The notes under the pieces were generated by a model. The model was not told the origin of the DNA and did no database searches. It worked only from the letters and a program-made list of their open reading frames with translations. A DNA stretch of 61,914 bases, the filler included, from Chiloscyllium plagiosum (taxonomy: Eukaryota): the NCBI RefSeq assembly GCF_004010195.1. It is 4 parts of one record of this genome, joined end to end, with 100 filler letters (N's around TTAATTAATTAA, not from the genome) between each part and the next. Parts side by side here need not be neighbours in the genome. Positions count along the whole stretch, not along the records: positions 12,044 to 41,386 come from NC_057711.1; 3 more parts are not named here. One strand, given 5' to 3'. Both the position numbers and the translations under genes were made by a program. This document shows positions 26,610 through 39,889 of this stretch, piece by piece. Positions within the stretch are counted from its first letter, which is position 1. Each line of letters opens with the position of its first letter.

Positions 26610-26748
26610 TTTCCTTCCTTCTTTCCTTCATTCCTTTCTTCCTTCCTTCCTTTCTCCTCCCTCCCTCCCACCTCACTCTATCTCTCTCACATTGTCTCTG
26701 CCCCCTTTCTCTCTGTATCCTTCTTTCTCTCTTATTCTCTCTCTCTGT
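26610..26748. repeat. (CCTT)n/CT-rich low-complexity tract
   Basis: Direct inspection. Confidence 0.9.
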
Positions 26749-27536
26749 CATAGACAGCAGAAAGTTTCTGACATCTGTTCTTTCAGGAGGTATATTTACA
26801 AACTTACATGCAGCATTTTTTTCCTTCACTTTAATTACAATCTGAAGTTTGGGTTTGATTATTTTAGACGATTGGTTATAGACTCAGGTATTTGAGTCAA
26901 TGACCCGAATGAGCGAAACAGCGTGGCTCTGAGCAGAGACAGTGACAGAAATCCAGGCGGACATTGGAGAACCACATGCAAAGGCAACCCCGCTCAGTCC
27001 CAGAGTGTCTTTTGATTTGATTTGATCAGGTTGACCGGTGTAAAACACAAGTCAGTGCTTCTGGCTGAGGCTTTGTTTCACAGGGTTCCATTTAGACTTG
27101 AACATGTTTCCTTTATTTACAATCAGATCAGTTATCTGAACAAAATACTCCCCAGTCATCTCATTTGGATATCGAGGTTGTTCTGTATTTGTAACTGATG
27201 TATGAAGCTGGTATACCATTATACTCGAAACCCAGGAAATTATTCAGCCCATCATATCCAGGTGGACTCTCTGTAAAAGCAGTTCAACTGGTCCCAATTC
27301 TCTTCCCATTCTTTGTAGATCTGCAGGTTTTCTCTTTAACTGCTTAACTAATACATCTGTGCAGGATGAAGAAAGAATATGGGGAATGCTGCTATGCCCT
27401 CTTTCTAATATCCGAGCAATGAAACACAACCAGAGACCCCAACAACAATTCACGATCACCGAATACTTGTATCTCCACACTTGAAAGCAGCCAGCAGCAT
27501 TCCAGATGTTTCAGGCTGGGGATCCTGTGACTAATA

Positions 27537-29523
27537 ATGATGAGCAATGAATCTGGACCATTTAAGAAGAAGCCAAAAAAATTCAACTTCCACCTAGAAT
27601 GGAAAAATTAATTTCTGTTCACAACTGTAAAAGATAAAGCAATTTGCCTGATATGCCATCAAAGTGTATCTGTACATGAAAAGGAAACTTTGGAACAAAA
27701 CCACCAACAATGCCCAGAACATTCAAAGATAGTTTCCCCTTGACAGCATGGTTTAGACAAAGGAAATTGATGAGCTGAAAGTCATTTTTCTCTTAAACTA
27801 GCAGCAAAAATTAAGGCTTGTGCTGAAGCATCATTTCACATTTGACATCTGCTAGGAAAACACAAGAAATCATTCACAAATGATGAAGTAATTTAAGAAG
27901 TAAAGACTATATCTATTGACTCTTTATTCAAAGACCTTAAGAATAAAGGAGAAATATTAATAACAATCAGGACTGGGTAATTTGGTGATTCCACAGTAGC
28001 AAGACAAGTGGAATCTTTGTCCAAAGACATCTTGCAGCAACCTGAAGGATCTTGAATATTCCTCACGATAATTTGATGAATCCATTGACATGACTAACAC
28101 TGCCAAGCTGATTATTTTTGTGAGCATCAGACAATACTATTAAAGAGAAATTTCCCAGCCTTTTGTCCCTTAAAGGGAGAGAGCAAGGTTGGACAATATC
28201 TACAACTAATGCAAATGGTACATGCTTGAGACAAACATTTCAATCAAGAAACTAGTTTCCACCAACACAACTGATGGTGCATGAGCCATATTTAGTGTCA
28301 GTGTGGGCTTTGTTGTATATTGTGGAAATGATCCTGATTTTTTCAGTTTAGTCAATTAGTGCTGTATAATCCATCAGCAAGGACTACTGAATAAAGTTAT
28401 GAAATTTTCTGTTGCAATGAAAGCTATTGTTAGATTGTAAACTTGTGTCAAGCAAAGCCCTTCAGCAACTTTTGTTTAAACCCTTACTCTGTGAACTTGA
28501 TGCTGAACTAATCCACCTTAATAATGTGAGGTGGTTAAGTCAAAGAAAAGTTGTGCAAAGATCTTATAATCTGATGCCTGAAATTGTGACTTATTTGGGT
28601 CAGGAAAGATGTTGTGAAATTTTAAAGGATTCAGAAAAGATTTCCAAGGATGTTGCCTGTGATAGCAGATTTGAGCTATAGGGAGATGCTGGAGGCTAAG
28701 GGATGACCTTGTAGAAGTTTGTAAAATCATGAGGGGAACAAACAGAGTGAAGGGTCAAGGTCAATTCTTCAGGATAGGGGAGTCCAAAAGTAGACGGCAT
28801 AAGTTTAAAATGAGAAGGGAAAGATTAAAAAAGGACTAAAGGAGCAATTTTTTCACACAAAGGGTATTGTGTATGTGTGTGGAATGAGCTACCAATTACA
28901 ACAACATTTAAAAGACATCTGGACGGACTTATGAATAGGAAGAGTTCAGAGGGTTATAGGCCAAATGCTTGCAAATAGGATGAGATCAATTTAGAATATT
29001 GGGTAGCATGGACAAGTTGAACCAAAGAATCTGTTTCTGTGCTGTACATCTCTGTGACTGTATGAAATATGCAGTGAGCTATTAGACAATGCATTAGTTG
29101 CTGGATTTTGGGTTCTTTAAGGTGTAACATTAAAGCTGAATGTGTTAAACTGTGCAGGGAAATGGCAGAGAATTAGCACTTTTGATCAATGCTGTTAATG
29201 CATTAAAATTGAAACTGCAACTGTTGTCCTGTCAATTTAAATAAAAATGCTTGAATGCTTCACAATCTGGAGAAAATATGAGAAAAGCACCAAAGTGAAA
29301 AAGAAATGGTTCCACCCTGAAAGCTTGTGTGCACCCCTGAGGAAATTAGCAGAGAAATTCAACAGGCAGTTTCAGGAATTAGATGTGATGGAACAAATCA
29401 TCATGTTTGTCTAGAATTCCATTCCTTCATGTAGAGTTTAGCTACCAAATTCCATCAGGTGGTTGACCTACAAAGCCGTGAAGTTGATATGGAAATAATT
29501 ACAATGCAAAACAATGTAGAGCT
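27537..29523 (+). mobile_element. hAT (SPIN/GTF2IRD2-like) transposase relic, interrupted by a CR1 at 28665-29063
   Basis: Frameshifted motifs KKFNFHLEW..KDKAICLIC, FDESIDMTNTAKLIIFV, TTDGA, CCIIHQQ, NNVRWLS and LINAVNALKLKL; many stops. Confidence 0.82.
28665..29063 (+). mobile_element. CR1 3' fragment nested in the hAT relic
   Basis: LRDDLVEVCKIMRG...; UTR ends GCTGTACATCTCTGTGACTGTATGA. Confidence 0.85.
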
Positions 29524-29544
29524 TTTGTTTTAAAGTAAAAGCTT

Positions 29545-30385
29545 ACTTTTATATCACATACTGCATGAGACTGGCAAGTCATATGCAGTCCATCAAAAGA
29601 TTATCTGTGAGATGAGTGTAATATTTGGACATGACTATCTCCATTTGGGAGAATGCTGTCTCTCAGAGATATGTGGAGTAAAAATAAACTTAAAAGCAAA
29701 GGATAATAGAAGATGAGACTTGTTTCAGTTTACAAGTCCCCAGAAATCACATCCCTTGATCTGACTTTCAGCTCAGTCGCATTTAGATTATAATTATCAC
29801 CATATCAACTTCACTGCTTTGTAAATCAAACATCTAATGGAATTTAGTAGCCAACCAAACAATGTCTACATGAAGGAATGGATTAAAGACAAATATGATT
29901 ATTTGTTCCTTCTCATCTAACTCCTGAAGCTGCCTGTTGAATTCCTTGGCGAACTTTCTCAGGTGTGCACACAAGCCTTTAAGGCGGAACCTTTTTTTTC
30001 TTTCACTTTGATGCTTTTCTAGTATTTTCTCCAGACTTGTGAAGCTTTCTAGCATATTAATTTCAATTGACAATAGGTGCAGTTTCAATTTTAATGCATT
30101 ACTAGCACTGATGAAAAGTGCTGATTCTCAGTCATATCCCTGCATTTCATAGTTCAGCTCATTTAGCTTTGACGCTACATCTGTAAAAGAATCTGAAGTC
30201 GAGCAACAGCTCACTGCACACTTCAAACCTTGATTTAAGAAAAGTGACGATTTCGGGTCAAAAAAATCTTTGCAGGACTTTTCATTGATTTAACCAACTC
30301 ACATTAGCATGGAGGATTAGTTCAGCATCAGGTTCATGGAATAAGGATTTAAACTAGTGTTGCTGAAGGGCTTTGCTTGAAACCC
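29545..30385 (-). mobile_element. second hAT transposase relic (3' half, including C-terminal dimerisation domain)
   Basis: Minus strand is homologous to 28448-28560 and 29085-29520. It continues into DFWGLV...STYL*ETAFSQMEIVMSKYYTHLTDNLL. Confidence 0.8.
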
Positions 30386-32367
30386 TGATTTCAAGACACT
30401 AGCAGGTAAAATGTTGGATGGGTAAAAAAGAACAGAAATGCCAGTAATAGGGTGGAAGATGCAAAAGATAAATTGTTCCTTCCTACTTTTGTGATCTCCA
30501 TGGAGCCTAATAACTTTGAATAGGTTGAATTCTTCATGACTGAATCAAAAGATCAGGATTGCACATTTTAAGAATCTAAAATCAACATCGGCTAAACTTT
30601 GCTGAGTAGGCATCTAATGAGCTAAAAATGATATGCAATATACAAAAAAGATATCACTGCTTAAATTCCTAACATTAGTGAAACTCCTTGCCATATTTAT
30701 ACATTATGCTGCACTTTCAACAGAATTACAGAGTGGAATCTTACAGGGGCTTGAACAATGTGGGCTATGGCAAGGTGTGTGATAGAATCGGATGGTGAGA
30801 CCCTCTCAATCTCAGGAGCATCTTGCTCCATCTGTTTATGCTTATCATAAGTGTGAGTTACTCACGAGGCAGCAGCGAGTTGCCAATCAAGGGAGATTAT
30901 CGGTTGTTAAACCCCTTCTTGATGGCCCAACTCATCTCATTAATATTCAGTTTTCTGTTTTACCAAACTCGCCAAACAAGCTGGATGTCGAGAAAACTCA
31001 GCATGAGAATGGATAGCTGGTGAATTCAGTTCACCGCTTGCTTTGAAGGACCTCCATGCTGGACACTAGACATCATCATCTCAGGACACACACATGTTGG
31101 CTACATGCACCCTATGTTAGTGAACATTGACATCTCATATGTGCTACCCTCTAAGACTCCTCATGGCACATCGCTGATCTGTTCACAGGACCACTTCTGC
31201 ACTTCAAAGCTGCACCTCAGGCTGCACTAACAACTATCACTGTAATGCTACAGTAAGGACACTGTGTGCTCAGGGACACACAGCCAGCTCATGGATAGGA
31301 TCAGGATGCGTCTCTGGGATCATTACTCAGTGCCATAGTATTCACTTACTCTGAACTTACCTGGAAGCTGGCAGCATCCCTGCCTTGCAATAAATTTAGA
31401 CAAAGCACTGCAAATGATGGGAAAACTGAAACAAAAAGCAGAAATTGCTGGAGACACTCAGTAGGCTTGGCAGCATCTGTGAGGAGTAAACAGAGTTAAC
31501 ATTTCAAGCCCAGTGACCCTTCTTCAGAACATTGCCTTGCCATGCTCCTTCAACCTGTCTCATTTTACTCCAATCTTGCCTTGCTGCTTAGAACAGAGAC
31601 TTTGAAAGAAAACTTGTAACTTTTCATTTACTATACCAAAATTCCTCATAATTTCATTGCTTATTTTAGTAATTATTTAGCAGATTTCTACTTATTAAAT
31701 ATCCATTTGCACATTTCTGTTTTACTCAAGAAATCCCACCTTGTCAGACCATGGAACAATTTGTTTAACTTGTCCATGTTGCATCTGGTCTGGCTTGAAA
31801 GGTAGCACAGGTAGATGAATCAATTTAAAATGAATCAGCAATTAAGAACACCATTCAGCATATTGATCTTTACACTGTATCCTGTGTGAAGAGCAGAATA
31901 AGAGAAAATCTTACGTAACTTTGAATGTAACTATTAAATCCTCCTCCTTAACCAGTTCAGCTCAAAGAAGGACAACCCAGTTTGTCTAGTCTGTTTACCT
32001 AAACTGATATCGATCACTTCTGGCAGCATTCTGGTAACTCTCCTCGTGGGGACCTTGACACACTTAAAAATACCTTATGTTGAAAAAAAGGGTTACATGA
32101 GTTTTAACAGCTCCTCTTGATGAATCATTAAAATCTCTCAGAGGCCCCCAGCATCATTGCTCGTAATGTTCAAGAATAGCGCAGAATGGTAATGTCTGGG
32201 ACATCATAATTAGTCTGTACCAAAATACTTCTGAGTGTTGTTGGACAATGTTGGACACATTTCCAGTTAAATTGTGACAACTGGCATGTACGATTTCTCA
32301 AGTTTGGTCTGATTAAATGTTGCTGACAATTTCCTGTCACAGATCCTGGCCATTTCCGAGAGTTCAC

Positions 32368-32611
32368 TGGCAACCTTTTCACACAGAAGCTGGTTTGTGT
32401 ATGGAATGAGCTGCTAGAGGAAGTAGTGGAGGCTGGTATAATTGCAATGCTTAAGAGGCACATTTGGATGGGTGTATGAATAGGAAGGGTTTGGAGGGAT
32501 ATGGGCTAGGTGCTGGCAGGTGGGACTAGATTGGGTTGGGATATCTGGTCGGCAGAGACGGGTTGAACCGAAGGGTCTGTTTCCATGCTGTACATCTCTA
32601 TGACTCTATGA
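32368..32611 (+). mobile_element. CR1 3' end
   Basis: Near copy of 17140-17366; tail CTCTATGACTCTATG. Confidence 0.88.
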
Positions 32612-32899
32612 CAATATAGCTGTGCGTTTAAAGGCTTCAACTGTTATTTAAGGGGTTTGCTACAGTTACTGACCTCAAATAGGGAGAGAACAAGCTGGCA
32701 AAGGGACAGATCACCTTTCATTTTCTGACTTACGTCGACAGTGACTTCCAGAAGGATTGAATAACAAAAGTGTGCATTTTGTACAGCATTGTTAACATAA
32801 CAAAATGTGCCATGGTACCACATGGGCACAGGATTAAACATTATCTGACATTGAGGTACTCCAGGAGATATTAATACCGTAAGGATTTACACCATTGAC

Positions 32900-33412
32900 G
32901 TTATATAGGAAAGATGTTGTTAAACTTGAGAGGGTGCAGAAGAGATTTAGAAGGATGTTGCTGGGACTAGAAGATTTGAGTTATAGGGGGAGGCTGAATA
33001 GGCTGGGGCTGTTTTCCCTGGAGCATTGGAAGCTGAGCGATGACAATATAGAAGTTTATAAAATCATGAGAACAATAGATAGAATGAACAGCCAAGGTGT
33101 CTTTCCTAGGATGGGGGATTCCAAATCTAGTGTGCATAGATTTGAGGTGAGAGGAAAAAGATTTAAAAGGACCAGATGGGCTCAAACCACTTTTTCATGC
33201 AGAAGGTGGAGCACGTATTGAATGAGCTGTCAGAGGAAGTGGTGGAGGCTGGTACAATTTAAAAGGCATCTGATGAGTATTTGAATAGGAAGAGTTTAAA
33301 GGGATATGGGCCAGATGCTGGCAACTGGGACAAGGTCAGATTGGGATGTCTGGTTGGCATGGATAAATTGGACTGAAGGGTCTGTTTCCATCTGTGTGAC
33401 TTGATGATTCCA
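32900..33412 (+). mobile_element. CR1 3' fragment
   Basis: YRKDVVKLERVQKRFRRMLLGLEDLSY... Confidence 0.88.
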
Positions 33413-35809
33413 TAAAAATTTATAAATGAAAACAAAAGCTGCTTGACAGTCAAATGGTATCAATGTCAATATCCGCCTCCTCTTCCTCATGCTCCAAGTT
33501 CATGCATTTGTGGCTGACAGTAGCAGAGCTGTGAAATGTGCAGCAGAGTACCTAAAGGGGTTTGTATTTGAAGATGTCTTTATCCAGCCATCAAAAGAGA
33601 TGCTTCAAAGTTCAGATGCTTGATAATGATCCTGGTGGCCACAAAAATGTCATTCAATATGTTCTCTGCTGCTGCTCAAAGCAGTATTAGAAGTGTCAGA
33701 TGTCAGGGCTGAAGAAGATAGCCCAAGATCCTAGGGAGTTCATCCTTGCCGAGATCAATCTTGACATGGTTCTTTGATATTGAAATCAGAAATCTGTAAG
33801 AGAATATGGAGAGAGAAGAGAGAAAAGATAATAGCTTGGAAAAGGGGAAAAGATGGGATTACTTAAATACCAGTTTGGGTTACGTGGCACTGTGGTGCAA
33901 GATGGCAATATCAAGTGGAAGTTAAGAAAGGACATGCAGAAAAAATAAAGTTAGGGAGAATATTCCAGAATTAAAATTACTATTATGTTTCCTAATTTTT
34001 TAACTTTAACTTTAATTAGGCTATTTCATTTGAACTTGGCTCTTAATTCAGAACCAAGGACATAAGAAATAGAGACAGGACCAGACATACAGCTCATCAA
34101 GCATGAGGCTGCCATTCAGAATCATTGTGTTTGATCTCGGCTTTCAACTCCAATTTCTCACCTGCTCCCTATGTCCATTGATTCCATGCGAGATCAAATA
34201 TCTGTCTATTTCAGCCTTAATTATGTTCAATGATGGAGCATCCACAACCCAGCAAAGGTTCACAAGCCTTTTAGTATAACAATTTCTCTTCATCACACTG
34301 CTGACTTGGAAATATATCCCTGTTCCTTCAGTGCAGTTGTAACAAAATACTAGAACCCTGCCCAAGCAGCATTGTCAGTCCATCCACAACATGTGGATTG
34401 CAGAGATTCAAGATGGCAGCTCACTACCACCTTTCAAGAGTAACTAGGGATAGGAAATAAATACAGGCTCAATCAGTGATGCCCACAACCATGAATTCAT
34501 CAAATAAAAATTTTCTCCTTTTCAAAGTCAATCTAGATGGTGGATATCGCTTGTTTGGAAGGTATGGATTCAGCCGACTTAGTGAATTGCTGCAGTGCAA
34601 AGATGTTAATTAAACAACCTAGGATCTGATTGCTCTTGTTGCCACAATATTTCGCTTTGCCAACAGAGGAATGAAAATTGCCACTGACTGCAGATTGAGA
34701 CTAATTAGTGCCAAATTTTTCTGTTCCGAAACAGGGCAGAATAGACAATTCTTCCCCCAGAGGGTGGGAAGCCCATGGAATTCTCTGCCCATAAAGTGGT
34801 GGAGCCGAAAACATTGAATATTTTCAAGAAGGAGTAAGATCTAGTTGTTAGTGCTGAAGGGATCAAAGGGTATAGTGCCACAGCTAAGTTGGTTAATCAG
34901 CCATGATCAGATCGAATGGTGGAGTAGGCTCAAACGGTTGAGTGGCCTACTCCTGTTCCTACATTTTATGCTTCTGTGTAACTCTGTTGACCTTCCCGGG
35001 AATGGGAGGGAGACTGGTTGAGAAGGAGACTGATGAAAAAATGAAGTCACCTGAATTGGAAATGGAGCAGGTTGAAGTAATCAGAGAGCTCAGTAAGAGC
35101 TCACCTACTGATTTTCTGTGATTCTTATGCAGGACTATTTAAGGCTCTGCGAAGCTGACCAACTCAAAACGTTGGTGGGGTTAGGGAATAAGGGGTGCAC
35201 TTATGTATTGTGACAGTTTTATCTGATGATGAGAAATGCAAATTTAGATGAAAAAATAACTTCTAACCAGTAATGTCATTTAATAATCAATCTGTTAAAT
35301 CTGTTTTGAATCGAGGCTTGCAGCTGCCCATTTGTCCTGAATCAAGTTGAAGATGAAGAACCTCTCACTATTTTAAAAAGATACACAGACAAAAGCTACA
35401 ACATTGGCTTCGTACTGCCTCTTGGCCATTAATTGGGTACAGGTCTTTTTATAAGATCCAGTGCTATGAAAATCACACCTCTCAGCAATCAAAAGTCGAA
35501 CCATGACTTCCTGATTCCCATGTTGAATTGGAAAATTCAGGCATAATTCCTCATCCTTTCTTACTCTAAAAGAGGAAGTCAACTATGAACCTTTTTTCCA
35601 ATTCATTTTCTCCATGGCATTTGCTAGGCCAGCATTTATTTCCTACCCCTAGTTGTCTTTGAGAAGAGAGTGATGAGCTGCCTTATTGAACTGCTGCAGT
35701 CTGTGCATTGGAGGCACTCCCACAGTATTGTTAGTTTGGAAATTCCAGTATTTCAACAGATGGATGTTGAAGGGATGACTTATTCATGCTTAGTCACAAA
35801 TCCTGCTTT

Positions 35810-36450
35810 TTCCAGTGCAAGACTGAGGGAGTGTTGGCGGTCACTGGTGCCACTTTTCAAATAAAAACTAAAATGAAAACCTCATCCATCCTTTCATCTA
35901 GGTGTAAATGGTTCTCAAGCACAATTCCAAATAATAGCAGTCACTATCCCAGATGGCCTAGTCAACATTTGGCCTTCAATCAACATATAAAAACAAGGCA
36001 GCACAGTGGCTCAGTGCTTAGCACTGTTGCTTCACAAAACCAGAGACCTGGGTTTGATTCCAGCCTTGGGTGACTGTCTGTGTGGAGTTTGTACTTTTTT
36101 CACAAGACTGTGTGAGATTCAGCCAGGTGCTCCAGTTTCCTTCCACAGTCCAAAGATGTGCAAATTAGATAGATTAGCCATGATTAATGTGGGGTTACAG
36201 AGATTGGGTAGTATGCTCTTTGGAGGGTCATTGCAAACTCGATGGGCTGAATGGCCTCTATCTGCACTGTAGGGATTTTGTGATACAAAACAGATTACCT
36301 CGTCATTTACATTGAACGTTTTAGAAGCTTTCTGTGTGTAAATCATTTCCCTTATGTCCTTCATTACTTCAATGACTATACTTCAAAATATTTGATTAGT
36401 TGTAAAACACTTTGGGACATTATGGTCATGAAAGACATGGAAGTCTTTCC
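35810..36450 (+). mobile_element. ancient Deu-domain-like SINE (SacSINE1/AmnSINE-like) with a nested HE1
   Basis: CCAGTGCAAGACTGAGGGAGTG head region and TGTAAAACACTTTGGGACA tail; strongly diverged. Confidence 0.45.
35997..36280 (+). mobile_element. HE1-type SINE
   Basis: GGCAGCACAGTGGCTCAGTG head, HE1 core and tail. Confidence 0.85.
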
Positions 36451-38866
36451 TCCTTCCTTCTTGTATTGCAACTCTCTAAATTCTTAATTCTCAAATACCG
36501 GTCTGACCTTCATTCAAATTACATATGTGGCCATCACTTGTTATGGAGACCTTCTGGATCCTAACAACCCTTGGAATGAACTACCTTTATCCCTGAGGTG
36601 ATATTTAAGTCCAAATGTCACTTGAAACAAGCTGAATGATGGTAAGCTACCTTCATGAACTGCTGTGCTGCCTGACCTGCTGTGCTTTTCCAGCACCAAT
36701 CTAATCTAGACTCTGGTTTCCAGCATCTGCAGTCCTTGTTTTTACCTATATACAAGCTAAGTCAAGTAATATATCTTGACTAATTTTACAAAAATAATGT
36801 ATCTTAAAGGTAAACCTGTTACAAAGCTAATATTTTAAGATAATTTTAATTCACAAAAGCCCAAAGTGAAAACTGAATTTGTTGTTAGCACTGCATAATG
36901 TAGTCTATCAACAGAGGAGATTTAGTGACCAAATATTCTTTCTATGCAATGCTGCCACGTGCCCAGGAGAAAATAACTAAACAGATGGAAAGGCTGTAAG
37001 CTTTGTTGACAGCTTAATCACTGCAACTGTTGTTGGTATATATTCAGTGACTGTGAGTATACATAGTACTCATTAAGAAAGGCCTCAAGGAATAACACAG
37101 TCTGTGTGAAATCATCAGTTGACCTTAGACCTTAGAGAAAACACTCAGTCCTCCACATTGTGCATAAGGGAAGTGCATACTAATGTTTTTTTCCCCTCAA
37201 AAGGTGGGCACTTTTAGGTTGAAGTAGTGTTTGAAGTATCTGTATAACACATGCCAATTGTGAGCTTCTTCACACCTTTTCTCTATTGTTCTTCGAAGCA
37301 AATCAACATTTGGCCATGTATGGTTCCAAATTTCATATAGCAACACTTAATGCTTTAGTTGTAGTTAACTGTTTCAATATACTTTTCTACAGCTTTCCTT
37401 CTAATCTGCATACTTATATTTGCAATCTTCCAATGAACTTTTAAAAATATGCATCGTAATTAACAGAAGATTTTCTACAGTTTGTTACTTTGCCTTTATG
37501 ACCTAATAATACAAGGTAGTGATTTGGTCTGCACAGTTCAAGACATTTCTTTATGTACCGCCTGTAGTGAAAGCCACATGTTTCTATACAATTCAAACCA
37601 ATTCTTTGGCCAAGTCCCTTCCTTGATTTCACTGTATCTTCTCCTCTACACTCCCCTTTCTCCACAGCCCCTTCACCCTACCTTTGCCCTCAGTTCCTAA
37701 TGATCTTATGCATCCTGCATGTCATTTGATTCTAACTGTCTGAGGGATGTGAGCATTGCTGGTCAGGTCAGTATATATTGCTCACCACTATTTTCCCTTT
37801 AAAAGATAGTGGTGAGCTACTTTCTTGAAATGTTGTAGTCCATGGTGGTTTAGGTGCAAACATAGTGCTGTCAGGAAGGGCGTTTCAGGATCTAAATCCA
37901 GCATGGGTAAAGGGAGAGTGAAGGAGCAATAATACATTTTCAAGTCTGGATGATGAGTAGCTTGGAATAGAGCTTGTAGTTAGTGGTGTTTGATCCTGGT
38001 ACAGAATGGGTACCAACCATATGGAGATGTAAATAGGAAGGGTAACTCAACTCGAAACGTTAGCTCTGATTTCTGTCCACAGAAGCTGCCAGACCTACAG
38101 AGCTTTTCCAGCAATTTACATTTTGTCTCTGATTCACAGCATCCTCAGTTCTGTCAGTTTTTGACCATAAAGCAATTTCAAGTTAGCCTTAGATGTTCAG
38201 TCATCTTCAGAAATTATTTGAAATACTTTGATCGGATTTGATAGAACAAAACTGAGACCAAACCTTATTTTCTTTCCTTTAAGAATGAGAAGTGAATTTT
38301 CATTCTTCTGGTGAGAGATGATGCCTGCAGTCTCTTAGTACTCTCTGACTATGGCTCTGTAAACTAAGCATTTCAAATTAGTTCATGCCTCAGATGGTAC
38401 TGCAAATTTCAGCCTTTGAGTCCAGAGGCAACAAGACAGTACAGCCACCTGAGCCAACTGTCAGCTTTTGAGAAATTTGTTGCCTTGCCACACAGTCTGA
38501 TTGGGTTTACCCGATATTGTACAATTCCCAGGAAGTAAAAACCATTTCCAAACTCCCTTAACTTTTCAAAGCTATTTAATCTGAAATAAACTAATTAAGG
38601 AGGTTATAGACATTGGGCATTGGTCTTCATCTACATTTGTTGTAAAGTTTTGAATCTGGTTAGACTACATCAAACACTGACTTTTCTCAACATGACTCTA
38701 GAGCCGTCCTGATTTTGCAAGCCCTGATTTTGTTTCTTCAAAACCAACTTCCTCCTGAAACACCTTTTGTTGCTTGCTGTGCCCTCAGCTCCAACAGCAA
38801 GAACAAGGAGTTGTAGCATGAGATACAGCAGTGGAGAGAAGGCTCTTGCAGTGCATAAACGTGGCA

Positions 38867-39300
38867 TAGACCAATTGAGACCAGGTGGTTAAGAAGGCAT
38901 TTAACAGACTCGCCTTCATTACTTAGATCTTTTAGAGTAGGAGTTGGGACATCATGTTGAAGTTGTACAGGATGTCGGTGAGGATCGTTCTAGAGTACTG
39001 AGTCCAGGTCTGGTCGCCCTGTTATAAGAAGGATATTATTAAGTTGGAGAAGCTTCAGAAGAGGTTCACCAGGATGTTATAGGGAATGGAGGGTTTGAGT
39101 TATAAGGAGAGGCTGGATAGGCTGGGACTTTTCTCACTCGAACGGAGGAGATTAAGAGATGACGTTATTGAGGTTTATATAATAATGAGGAGCATGCGTA
39201 TGGTGAATTGCAGGTGGCTATTCCCCAAGGGAATTTCGAAACTCGGGGGGAAAGACATAAAATATACATGAGGGACAATTTGTTTACACTGAGAGTCGTT
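38867..39300 (+). mobile_element. CR1 3' ORF2 fragment
   Basis: MEGLSYKERLDRLGLFSLERRRLRDDVIEVY. Confidence 0.85.
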
Positions 39301-39555
39301 CAAAAAGCTGAGGACTTTCTTCATAACTTTCATTTAAAAGTAAAGCATCCGTGAAATCCTCTTCAGGGAATTGAACAAATTAAACTCTATTAATCACAGC
39401 GCAATTATTTTGAGTGCTTTCATCTATAATATGAAAATGGATATAGCATAGGCCGTGGGCGCAGACAAAATCTTAAGTGCTGTTTTACCCTATGGTTGGA
39501 AATAGCTATACCTCGGCAAACTTTCCCAGTACAGCCACAAGAGTACCCAACAACA

Positions 39556-39889
39556 GTGGGCGGCACAGTGGCACAGTGGTTAGCACTGCTGCCTCACAGC
39601 GCCTGAGACCCGGGTTCAATTCCCGCCTCAGGCGACTGACTGTGTGGAGTTTGCACGTTCTCCCCGTGTCTACATGGGTTTCCTCCGGGTGCTCCGGTTT
39701 CCTCCCACAGTCCAAAGATGTGCAGGTCAGGTGAATTGACCATGCTAAATTGCCCGTAGTGTTAGGTAAGGGGTAAATGTAGGGTCATAGGTGGGTTGCG
39801 CTTCGGCGGGTCGGTGTGGACTTGTTGAGCCGAAGGGCCTGTTTCCACGCTGTAATGTAATCTAATTTATTCTAATCTAATCTAATCTA
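39556..39889 (+). mobile_element. young HE1 SINE, present in the left arm only
   Basis: CpG-intact HE1 with (TCTAA)n tail and flanking AACA. The empty site is at ~43665 in the right arm. Confidence 0.95.
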
